Below are positions 12,595 to 23,802 of a DNA stretch of 63,630 bases, piece by piece. Made by a program: the position numbers and the translations under genes. Below the pieces are notes generated by a model that searched no databases, was not told the origin of the DNA, and was given only the letters and a program-made list of their open reading frames with translations. Where the stretch lies: contig DF237320.1 in the NCBI GenBank assembly GCA_000708835.1, forward strand, positions 29,027 to 92,656, in the 5' to 3' direction. Position 1 is the stretch's first letter. Each line of letters starts with the position of its first letter. The stretch comes from Klebsormidium nitens. Taxonomy: Eukaryota; Plantae; Klebsormidiophyceae.

Positions 12595-12939
12595 GTAAGC
12601 CCCGGGTCGGATTGAGCTGGAAAGAGGGTGTATTCAAAACGAAGGAATAAAGACTTCTTTATCTACTGTCAAAAAATAAAAACGTGCGTTTGGATTTGAG
12701 ATCATATGTGAGCAGACCAGGGTCGTTTGGGGAGCGGACTCCAAGTGCCAAACGTTACCCTATGGAGTTCAGCGACGTCTCTTCATTTGCTGGTTCATAG
12801 TCGCCTCCGTTAATCATCACGACCCAGACCGGCAGCTTTGAGCTTTCTAAGCTTTGTACTAATTTCAAAAATGACAGAAGTAGTCTGAGAGGGGTCAACT
12901 TGAACTTCGTCTCTTCTGAGAGTTTCTCTTGATCAACTT

Positions 12940-14694
12940 GTGCTTCAAAGAATTGGAGAATACGCAAACGTGAAACTATACATCTCCGGCTCGAAACCAC
13001 AGATTGCTTTGATCTCCGAGTTCCCTCTACAAGATCTAAGTTACTGGTTCAGGCCGCCTCACTGGGCCGTGGACTTCCAATATGGCCACGGAACGCTGAT
13101 TCAGACAATCGGTGACCTGAGAAAACAAGCTTTGAAAAGTGACGTTACCATCTGTGCAGGTCCTGACGTGGGCAATATGACGCTCGGAGGCGCCACCATC
13201 ACATCATCCACACCTGTACCGCTCCCATCTCCCCCCTCCAGTTCAAAAACGTTTCCAACGACAATCGCAGTTGCGGGCGGTATCGCTGCCGCAGCCATTA
13301 TCATAGAAGCCTTAGCTCTTGCGTTGCTTCGCTGGAAAAGGCAGAGGAGTCGCCGACGTCCTTCCGCTAGGCCCTTGGACTCTGATGGAAAGGCTTTCGA
13401 TCCCACGCAAGCCCCAACGTTGCCTGCTCGAGGGAGTTCCGGGCCGGTGTCGAGAGGGCTGCTTGACAATTGGTCCGACAGCGGACGTCAACCTGGGCCG
13501 GTCCTCTCGGATTCGTACTTGGAAGAGAGAACTCCGAAACCCCAACCGACTCAATTGGGAATGACTCAAAGGCCGCCAAAACCTGAGTTGCAAGAGCAAT
13601 ATACGCTGCGGCAGCTTCAAGCGGCCACCAATCATTTTTCAGAGGCTAGCGTCATCGGCGGCGGCTCATTTGGCGTGGTCTGCGAAGGTGTTCTAGCGGA
13701 TGGTTCGGTGGTGGCTGTAAAGCGGTTGAGGAAGCGATTCGGCATCCGCCAGAGTGAAGAGAAGTTGTGGAGAACGGAGGTGGACGCCCTTGGCAAGATG
13801 AGGCAAAAGAACCTGGTGTCACTTCTGGGAGTGTGCCTGGAAGGGGACGAGCGGCTGCTCGTATTTGAGTTCTTTCCCAGAGGTAGCCTGAACAGGCGGC
13901 TGCATGAACCTCGGGAAGAGGAGCCCGTCCTTACGTGGGCAGAGCGCATGTGCATTATCCGCGGCATCTGCCGAGGCCTGTCTTATCTTCATCACGACCT
14001 CCGGCCTCCAATGTTGCACAGGGACATCAACGCCGCCAATGTTTTGTTAACGGACGAGGAACCGTTGGAGGCCTGTATCGCAGACTTCGGCCTCGCGCAC
14101 TTTGTGCAAGACGTGGGAACGAATACTTCGACCATGGTAAAGGGCACGGTTCCTTACATGGCCCCCGAATATCTGCACGGTGGGGCGCGGTTCCTCTCGC
14201 CAAAGTGCGACGTTTACAGTTTGGAATCCTCCTCTTGGAAATAATAAGCGGACAGCCAGTGGTGAGGCAACGAGAAGACGGCACAGTTGAGCGCCTCTCA
14301 AAGCTGGCCGCCAAGTTGGTCGGGCTAAGAAGGGAGTTCGAATGGTGGATCCGAAGTTGGGAACGGAGTACGATACGCAGGAGGCGATGTGCTGTATCCA
14401 CGTGGCCATGGCATGTCTCAGAAACAAAGTGCCAACAAGCGACCAACCATGGAGCAGGTTGCCATAGATATAACTCAGGAAGTATTGCGGCGAAGCGACT
14501 TCTTGGCGGAAGATTCGGGATCAGAAGTCTCGACGTTCCTGCAGGGTACTGGGACGGATTCTGGATCTGGGTCGTCCCCGTTTCTTTCAAGAGCTAGGAC
14601 CACCTGGTCTGCTGCAAGATTTATTACTCCTAGGTCGAAGCAGCTAGGCCTGAGCTTTATAGCAACCTCGTCACAAGGAGGCCCGGCCTCCTGA
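12940..14694 (+). pseudogene. Receptor-like kinase (RLK/Pelle family): ectodomain remnant, S/P-rich linker, TM helix and kinase domain; three frameshifts in the C-lobe
   Basis: TM IAVAGGIAAAAIIIEALALALL; YTLRQLQAATNHFS, IGGGSFG, VAVKRL, HRDINAANVLL, IADFGLA, GTVPYMAPEY, DVYS/FGILLLE, RPTMEQV. Frameshifts at ~14221, ~14341 and ~14420. Confidence 0.9.
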
Positions 14695-15418
14695 AAAACC
14701 TTGAAGTAATTCTTCAGCAGCCTGATTAGCGTCAGCGCATGATGTGCCTTTGGTCGCTCTCCTTATGATATACTTCTCTCATGATTCAAGACATTTGGAG
14801 TGGCTCTGTTCGTCCTTCTAGTCTCATAGCATTCGAATGCATCTGATTGATACCGTGGTGCTTTGTCGTTGCGTGAGGTCACAATGGTCTTTTTGATGCT
14901 GCGCGCCAGACCGTCGATCAATTGAGAGGATGGTGGCCTAGCTAAACAGTTTAAAAAAAAAGAGTGTATCATGCATGTCCAACCGATCCGATCGAATATG
15001 GTTCAGTGCGCACGCATACGAAGTGCGCCGCAAAAAGTTCGTAAGTTTCAAAACAGACACCATCAATCTGATGTAACTTGGTGCGTGCTCTAAACGGCGA
15101 CACTGACCCGGTATCTGTGACCGTCGCGTACATCCGGCCAGTTTGACACTCGTTAGTGAATATGCTGTGGAAATGTGACTCAGTGACTGAAGTTTTCACG
15201 CGGCTTGCTTTAAATTCGTGCGCCAGCACGCAAGAGAATGATGTCACGCAGATCAGGCCGTATAATGCGCATGCTTGGCTTTCCAGGTACGTCACTCGCG
15301 CCCGGTACTTTAGTCTGGAGAAAGCAGACCGGCGGCGCTCAAACGAGACCCAAGTGTGTTTGAGACCCAAGCATCTGAAGTCCTTGTTGCAATCTTCCTC
15401 GTCTGTACAGACAAATAG

Positions 15419-17402
15419 CTTCCCCCGATCGAGTTCCCGACCCGCCACACGCTCGACATGTGGCTGGTCAAACTGCTGACCGCGGTGGGCGTCGAAGCCG
15501 CGGCACACCAATTCCGCTGCTGGGGACGACACATCACACTGACGACGCTTATCTTGGGCGTCGCCCTGGGCATCTCGGAGGCAATCCCCGACAACTCGGC
15601 CAAAGTGCTGCTAGTGACCGGGGCCACCGGGGTGTGCATGCCAGGTGTCGTACGTCATACCCGTGGGAAACCACCTCATGCTCTACTTTGAAATGTAAGT
15701 GCCGCCGCCTCTAGTTGAAATTGGGTCCCTTGTCGCGTTGCTCTGCTAATGGCAACTGGTCTTCTCATTTTTTAATATGAGAATCGAAGCAATCTGACAA
15801 GATTGAGTTGGTCAAGCTGGATTGACTGCCGGTGCTGGAAGCTTCGCGGAAAGGGTCTGCACCCACCGGAAAGTGGCTAAAGTCCTAGGATGCTGTCCAT
15901 GCCAGCGTGGAAAGGGGTGGAACCCTGTCAAAAGTCCCAACAGTTGGTCGATACGCCAATCTTCAGCTGCTACGCTAACATGATCCGTTTGCCAGCCTCT
16001 ACGGTTTAAGGGGTTCCTAAGTATCACTGTTCCGAGATTTAAGAAGAGAGAATTCTTACGAGAAGACGTCGAGTGGGCCTGCTTGTGCGCTCGGCAGCTG
16101 AGCAGCTTTGGGGGCAAGGTGTCTTTTCTACGGATATGCAAGCGTGAAGCACACTCCCTTTTTTTTCATTCATGAAAGTGGATGTCCCTCACAAGCGGAG
16201 ACAGTGCATTGAAGCGTTCCTTTCGTACGACGTAATGATCGTCTGCTCTATAACATTTGAAACCTTCGTCTCCACGCACGAAGACTCTGCGCAGACACGA
16301 AAACGTTTTTCTCAGGGCGAATGATCTGGATGTCTTAGACTCTCAAGGACAGCTTCCCTAAGCCCCCTCTTTTAGGCCCCAGTGGCTTCGCTTCCCGTGC
16401 CTATTCGCATCCAGACTTCAAGCTTTGTGTTTGCAGCACCCGGTGTCAGCGCCGGCTCAAAGCGGAGCTGATGCGGAACTTGTCCCTGCACGGAGGAGAC
16501 GTCTCCGTGCACTCGCAGGTGGTCTCAAGCACCGGCTTAGTCGACCGGTTGCGTCTGCGGGATGCCCCGCCTGGTCGAAAGCGCTGCTCCAGCATCTTTT
16601 TGAATACCGGTCTTAAGATTTCTTGAAGGAGGACTGTGTTTGCTAGTACGGCACGATTCACAGGCGTTCCACCTTGCTCGTCTCCGCAATTGACCGGTTG
16701 CTGAAATGTCTGCCGTTTAGCCGAGGACCGATGAAGTCCTTGTTAAGCGGTTCAACATGGTATGTGATCAGCTTGAGTGCGATATTCAAGGAGGACGGAA
16801 CGAGCAGCTAGATCCCACATCATTTGCCTCGACTCTGAACCAGTAATGGCCTCCGCAACCCCGGGCCAAGTCCCTCTGAAAGATGGTTCGTCTCTTTCAG
16901 AGTGACCACTGCTTTGAATCCGGCGAGCAAATCAGCGAGTTCTTTGGAGTGATCGTGGGGGACAGCAAGCTCTCCACCTGCTTAAAACGAGCGTCCAACA
17001 GGCGCTGGGGCGGTCCCTTGAAAGGTGTTGATCCTTTCCTTCTCATCATCCCTCGTCATTTCCCGGATTAAGATCTTCTGTACATTGAAGCCAAACAGCT
17101 TTAACCAACACCTAATCATCGATGATATGGTCCCTCGCTTTGCCCTCGCCCAGTACCGCGGCCACGTGCTGCTCAAGGAGCTTCAGAACCTGGCCGTGCC
17201 TCTGAAAGAGGCGCTCCCCCCCCTGGGCCCCAACTCCGAAAACGGCCCCCCCAACGTGCTCGAGTATCGCAAAAAGCCCACTTACCCCGGGGCGTTCGGG
17301 ACGCTGTACGAGGCCGTCACGCAAGTGGGCGCCCCGCTTCTAGTCCTCGCCGTCGGCGTCTTCTGCAGCGTCGCTGCGCTGACAACCATCAACACACTGT
17401 AA
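15419..17402 (+). CDS. Multi-exon hypothetical multi-pass membrane protein (5' end unresolved; +1 frameshift at ~15642)
   Basis: GC3-rich exons at 15419-15694 (donor GTAAGT), 16437-~16517 (phase-2 match, FEI|TRCQRRLKAEL), ~16899-17022 and ~17153-17402; hydrophobic stretches HITLTTLILGVALGI and LLVLAVGVFCSVAAL. Phase of the last junction unresolved. Confidence 0.5.
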
Positions 17403-18523
17403 AATAAGGGCAAGTATCGGTGATAAACTTACGATTCCAGTGCCAGCGCTTTCGGCCCTCTGCTTAGTACTGTCCGACAGGGTGCACAGTTTTTACTGAT
17501 GGAAATAAGTCTGCTTGGTGGAAAGAGGCGCACTTTCGACAGCCGAGTAAATATATGGGGAGAAGAAGTAGGTCGATACGATTTCTTATTTAAGTTAGCC
17601 ACTTGTAAGCGTCAAAAGGGCGAGTTAATTTCTGTAGGAAGAGGCAGACGGATCCACAACAAAGCATGCAGGGATCGCAGACAAGAAGTCGCACCCTTGG
17701 CTACAGCTCTAGCAGTCTAGGCCGTTGGCTTCAGTCGTCAAACGTGGACAGGAACGTATATACGATAGTGTGAGGTGAAAAGGAGTCGGGGTCATGATGT
17801 TAAATGCATCCCGGCTTTTGCACACAGAATTTGATATTTGGCTATATGCCATAGAGTGTCATATGCAGATTCCGTTACGTGACAGTGACTGTACGACGGC
17901 TGCCGCAATTGCCAAGTTGGGCAAATGCATGCACTGAATAAGGCTTATGCGCGATATGACCGGGTGCCGGCCCGGCCCGGCCCGGTCCGGTTTCGCTTGG
18001 CGCGCCATGCCGCCCTCACCGTACATGCGGCATCGCCGGAGTTGGTCAAGCGAGTTCTGAAGAACCATAGTTGAAGCCTTGAAGGACTCTGTACAAGCAG
18101 GAGTATGCCCTCAACATTCAGGTTGCATGAATGATGATTGATGTTTTCTTCTTACGCGTACAATCAATCCTTTCCGACTCAACAGCTAGTGGATTCTGAA
18201 TACGAAATGCATCATTGCATGGTCACCGTCCCGGTGACCGTACAGTACTGGCCACTGCCACAAGGAATCGAGAGGACTGCAGGAAACTGGCCGATATGCA
18301 GTGGGATTACATGGATGAGCAACCCTCCTCATTCTGAGACTCAGTGGCAGATCAGAGAGCCGTGACGGTCGTCCTTGTTTGAACGAACCGAAGCAGCTCT
18401 AAACCAATCAAGGTTGTTCGCGAGCTAGGAAACAGGCGTGAAGGGGTTTCTAGCCTTTTGATTGGGAGGTGAGCTTGAACCAGTCCGTGTTATAATCAGC
18501 TTCATGAAGACATCCGGCTTGAG

Positions 18524-19973
18524 TTATAGATCCACAGTCACGTAACTCAGAATGAAACGTGTAACGGAGTACCCTGCGCGCGTGCTAGAGGGAAAGCAAG
18601 AACCAAGATATCCGTCTTGCTCACTGCAAGTGGTCCTCTTGAGGTTGGGCCCAGAGTCAGAGCGGCACTTCTGGCAGGCCTTGGCCCCCGAGTTGGGAGC
18701 GATGCTCAGATCTGGGCATGGCTTGCAGGTAGAAGTCTTGGCGGATCCCCCTCTGGCGTAAGTCCCCGGGCCGCAGATGGCACAGTCACGGCCCGCATGA
18801 CCGGGCGCACATGATGCACAGCTGGCGGCGCCCGCTCCGGATGTGAAGCCAAGGCGCAGGGCTGGCAGGTTGTATTGGCGGGGCATCCCCCAGGCCGCGA
18901 GAATGTGTTTTTGGTGCAAACGTTGCAGTTGCTGCCACCTGTGCCGCGGGGGCAGACGCAACCTGGGAAGGGAATTTGAAAAGGTGAAGGAGAGTGAGAG
19001 AGTTGACCAATGTAATCAGGGAGGGGATATTTATACATGTTGTGAATGGAGGAGCTTTCTGGGTTCCTCTTGCCGTCGAGCTGGCTGTTGCACGTCAACC
19101 ATCGTACCACAAGATCTAGTATTTGCCAGCCAAAGACAGCTATCATCAATGCTTCAGGCAGCCACTGCCGAAACTTGTTGTGGTAGAAGTAGTCAATTGG
19201 TGCCTTTTGGTGACTCATGGACGGGCAGCCTGGCTGAACCAACATACAGTCACGATCTGTGCATTGCAACCAGGAGAAAGGCAGCAATGCAACGATCTGG
19301 TTAGACGACCTACTTGACATTAGGAACGGCTACAACGTCACCCTTTTGCTAGCTTTCCATACTTGCGAACAGAAGAACTTTGCGAAGAGAAGCATAAGAT
19401 GCGAAAATTGCCTCATGCAGGAGTTTGTTTATACTATACATTTTGAAAGAGGGTCTAGGCGAGCCACCAGTGCTTCTAAAGCTGAAGCTAGCTCTAGCAC
19501 TCTCTTAATTACAAGCGACCCAGTTCACTTGCTACTTCCTGCGAGCGTCAATCATGAGTGTCTAACCCCAAAACTCTGACGTAATATTGCAGAAAATTTG
19601 CAGCTGCAGCCGTCGTTTGCAAACAACAAAACTACAATCTAAACTGCAAAGCTCGCTGGGTTCCATGCATCAAAGCAAACAACGAAGACCTAGTAGAAAG
19701 ACAATGAAAGACCCGGGAGGTTTGGGGCCAATCACCAGCTCGCATGACCGCAAGCAGCGTTCTCGACACATGGTCAGCAAGCTCCTGCATGGTCGAGGTT
19801 GGCTTCAACGAGCTCGCTGGCGTCCGGAAGGGAGCCGGAAGGCTGGCTGCGGAGGCGTCAAGATCGCCCTGAACCAGGCGTGCGGATGCGTGGCCCGCTC
19901 CCAGCAGGACTCCTGCGGAGATCACGAACAGCAGCGCAAGAGTAACGCACTTCATCGTGCTGCTGGACGTCAA
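18524..19973 (-). CDS. Secreted Cys-rich repeat protein (GCC2/GCC3, ephrin-receptor-like CxxC repeats), frameshift at ~18852
   Basis: Signal peptide MKCVTLALLFVISAGVLLGAGHASA (19632..19973 ORF); repeats CPRGTGGSNCNVCTKNTFS...TCQPC / CAPGHAGRDCAICGPGTYARGG...TCKPC split across two frames. Confidence 0.65.
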
Positions 19974-20075
19974 ACGAAAGGGCTGGCGTAGGGAGTCCGA
20001 AAGGAGCTAGGGACAAAGTCGAGGTTGTGAGCGGTGCGATGAATGGTTTGAAGTTCTGTTTTTGTAATCTGAAAG

Positions 20076-21088
20076 CGGTTCAATTACGCTGGATTGCGTG
20101 GTGCTACCGAGCGAGTAGAAGGACCCCGTCCAGAGCTCCCTCCGCCGACTACGGATGACGTCATCTCCAGGGTCAGAGCTCCCCCCAGTGCAGACAGGCG
20201 CCCGGTACATCAGCGTCTTGGAACCCCGGCACAGAGCCCTGAGCGCCGTCCCATCTCGGAGCGGCTAACTGTTCCAGTGCAGGGGGAGCGGGTGCGGGTC
20301 GCAGACCGCCTCGGGCCAACCAACCGGTCCAATCTGCAAAATCGTTTAGGCACCCCTAACCCTTCTCCCCCTACAGGGCCTATCGAGTCTAGCCCCGGGC
20401 ATCGATTGCTGGCTTTGGCCGCAGAAACAGAGGACCGGGAGGCGATCGAGCTGGGCAGCCAACTCGAAGGGTTCCCCTCCCCGACACTCGCCCCCCGATC
20501 CCGAGTTCGAGTTCGGTCCCGTTACCCAGATGAGAGCGCTCAGCCCAAGCGCTCCCGGTTTGATCAGCCCCTTGCAGACTCCTCGGCACTCGGAGCCGAG
20601 CTTCTTTACATCTCCGCTCAGCGTCGCCTGCAGCAGCTGCAGCTTATCGCAAAGACTTGGGGTTTGCACTGCGACGACCCCGATAACATTTGTCTGGGGC
20701 GGTCGAGGGACTTGAGTTGGATGGAGAACATTCAGGCGGAGATTGCGGAAGCAGAGGCGACAGTCGCTAGCACCAAGCATGGAAGGCAGACTTCGCAAAG
20801 GCGCGGGAAGTGGTGCAGGCGAAAGCCGCCGCAGTGTCCTCTGTGTCCACAGTGACTCTCGGGGCGGAGTTTAAGCCGCTCAAAGGGAAGCGCCCCGCGA
20901 ACAGGCGCGGGGGCAAGGGTAAGAAAGGGGCTTCGCGCCCCTTCTCGGGAAAAAGGGATGTGGGACAAAACGGCTCCAGAACGACCCCTCTGAAGAGGTC
21001 GTCCACAACTTCTACTTCAGTCGTCACTACGGCTGCGATTTCGACCTCCATCCGGACGGTCTCCCGGAAGTCGCGCTGGGACGTCTGA
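20076..21088 (+). other. Intronless orphan ORF (frameshift at ~20783) with repeated xxxRL[G/T] motifs and a basic C-terminus; possibly TE-derived
   Basis: VHQRLG, ISERLT, VADRLG, LQNRLG; ORFs 20094..20855 and 20810..21088 join by one base (KHG-KADFAKARE); no ATG at the start. Confidence 0.4.
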
Positions 21089-23067
21089 TCTTCTTCGCCT
21101 TCGTTTTCTCTACAAACAGTAAGTCTCTTTTCCTTCTCGCTCCGGGACAAGCTCTCAGCGAGGGGATAGAGAATACAGTTGTGCTCTCCGAATACTCCCG
21201 CCCTCTGCGGAAGTCCCACCAGGATTGCGCGCGTATAAGATTGTCACACGTGGCATGAAGACACTTGCTGCTGCAGGGACAGGTGTGCGCGCTAAGCCGC
21301 GGCGCGGTATAAGTTCGACTTGCAGAGTGCGGAGTCTCCGTCTTTCAGGGTTTAGCACAGGGAATCTTTAGTGACCACGCGCAACTCCGGAGAGCCGCAC
21401 GACGGCTTACTCGATGTCGGAGTACCGTAGATCGATAGGCAGGAACCCGACCGTTAGTAGATACAAGTCGAAAGGCCTCGCAGAGAGAGAAGTTAGCTCT
21501 CTGCATTAGTAGCGCCGATTGGGCAAACTTAATTCAATATCTCATTGAGAACCTGCGCTAAGATTTGCTTGGTCTATCGTGCAGGTTCTCTACGGGGCCT
21601 CCTTCCGGAGTCTTCCCCGAGTCCCGGCGACCCAGTCATTGTGGCGCGCAAAGATGTAGTGCGCGCGCAGATTTGGAAGTCTGTCGAACAATCTAGAGTA
21701 TTTGATAAAAGGAAGCTTCTAGTTACTAGCTACGTGGCATACATGCCTTACTTTCTAGAACGTTCATATGCATTATGGTCTACAGTAGCGAAATAGACTG
21801 GGTACGTCACCTTCTATAAGCTATAAGATGTAGAAGGATGTTTGCAGACTGAGCACAGACCATGACTTTGATAGGAAGGCGCATAAGCTATCGTTCAGCT
21901 TAGGACTATAAAAGGACTGCCGAGATCCTTGTGGACGTCTCATTTCTCATTTGTAAAGATCCGTATTCCCGTTCACACAGCTTCCGAAAAAGTTTTCGCT
22001 TCCGCACATACTTGTTTGATAGCAGACTTTGGTAGTCACACATACATAAATAAGGGTCTTTTAGACCTGGGGGAAAGGCCGCACAACACTTCGGCTAGAA
22101 TCGATAGAAGTTTTGAAAACTTTGCAGAACTTTAGCTCATTCCTTGTGTTTTTTCAGATTTCCTAGCTTTTGGGGTAGAGCGCAGAGGCGCTAAGCAGAG
22201 CAGGAACAGGGGATCCGCAGCAGCACAGCCCAAGGGGCTAGTGCGCTGTGTAAAGCACTAAGACATTCTGTGTGGCTTTACTAAAGGCAGGACGCCTTGT
22301 TATATCTCAGGTATTGTTGCCCCTCATTGCATGGGTGCTGCGTGACTACTGTCGCTGCGCACAGTCTCCGTAGGAAGAATGCTCATGGCCATGATCAGGG
22401 AAGTACCCTTGTGATGGTATGACATGAGATGCGCCTCCCCGAGCACAAGTTTGAAGTGCATTGCTTGTATGAGTGATTGAATGAACCGGGATGATGAACT
22501 TATGAAAGCTTCGCACATGTAATTGCAGCCTAAAAGCTGCTAAAAGCAAGTGGTATGGGACACTTGTGCATTTGCTGAGAGCTACTAGGTTCCGGAGAGC
22601 TATGGCCTGAAAGGCACGCTACGCACACAAATTCCGCTGCGCAGGCGACTTCAAGTTGCGGCGGCTGAGCGCGCAGGCCTTATAAGCCATGGCCGCGTCG
22701 CTCCGCACGCGCTAGTGCGCCGAAACTCGATCGCCCCTGCCACGTGGCACTTAAACCCCGAGAGTGGGCAGTGGCCAGAGGGGGGTGTTCTCTAGAGAAT
22801 ACATGGGCCCTACTGTAGTAACTGCACGGTCTGCCGACCTGTACGGTCAAGCCTGCCGAACTTTAACCCTAGCAAAGACCGTGACGGCGGCGGTCGACAT
22901 CATTGCTTAATTAGTTGGCGAGACCATGTGTACTAGCGCGGCCGCGCCGCCCGGCCTCACAGAGTTAAGTTACCTGACCGAACAGCGCCGGTTCTCAGGG
23001 TCAGGTCAGGTCATGCAGTTCTTGCCTTCTATGCTTTTAGTAAATGTAAGATTGAATCTGCAAGGAC

Positions 23068-23360
23068 TCGGCCCTGGAACCGGCATTTTTTGGGTTCGGA
23101 AATTCCAGATTCCAAGCGTCAAATAAGCCGATATTCCAGATTCCTGAGATCCAAAAATGCCAGATTCCTTAAAAATGCTTCAAAATTTCCGGAAAAAGCT
23201 CTTGGTTTTGGAGGATTTCTAGATGCCACATTCCAGTTTTCCGTGATTCTCTTAAATTTTTAGAGATGCCAAATTCCTTCAAAAAATTTAGGCCGTATGC
23301 CAGATTCCTGGCCCCAAAATATGGAAAATGCCGATGCCAAGATTCCGGTTCCAGGGCCGA
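23068..23360. mobile_element. MITE, 293 bp, with perfect 16-bp TIRs and a 6-bp flanking direct repeat
   Basis: TCGGCCCTGGAACCGG (23068-83) / CCGGTTCCAGGGCCGA (23345-60); AAGGAC at 23062-67 and 23361-66; about 7 internal (AT)GCCAGATTCC-like motifs. Confidence 0.8.
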
Positions 23361-23802
23361 AAGGACGATCGATGAACACGGCCCGCTCAGGCTAGCACTT
23401 AGCTTTCATTGCACATTATCATTTCAGGATCGGCTGGGACGTCCTAAACATATATATATATCCACGAAGCCAGCAGCTGCAGCAAACGGTGGGGGATCAG
23501 CGCTGAGTCATCATCGAGCGACCCGATTCTATATAACATCCAGCAATCCAGGCGACTCCGGATCAAAGCCGAGGGATGCACCTGAGGCTGATTGTGACGG
23601 GATGGGATTTGGCTGTGTATCCACCCTGCCAGCTCGTTGATCCGTTGAGATCTTGCATGCCAGTGAGTTGAAAGATCTGATCCTGTTTTGAAGCTCTAAG
23701 ATCAGACTTCAAATCTGAGAGAGTCTCTAGTGAGGATGCTAAATATAACCAGCTTCAACATTGCATACATGAAACTATGAGGATTGGTTCGACTTCCAAT
23801 GC

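Noticed and set aside
15601-15632. SDR Rossmann motif in KVLLVTGATG
   Set aside because: No second Gly pattern or downstream SDR motifs; it lies within a hydrophobic segment.
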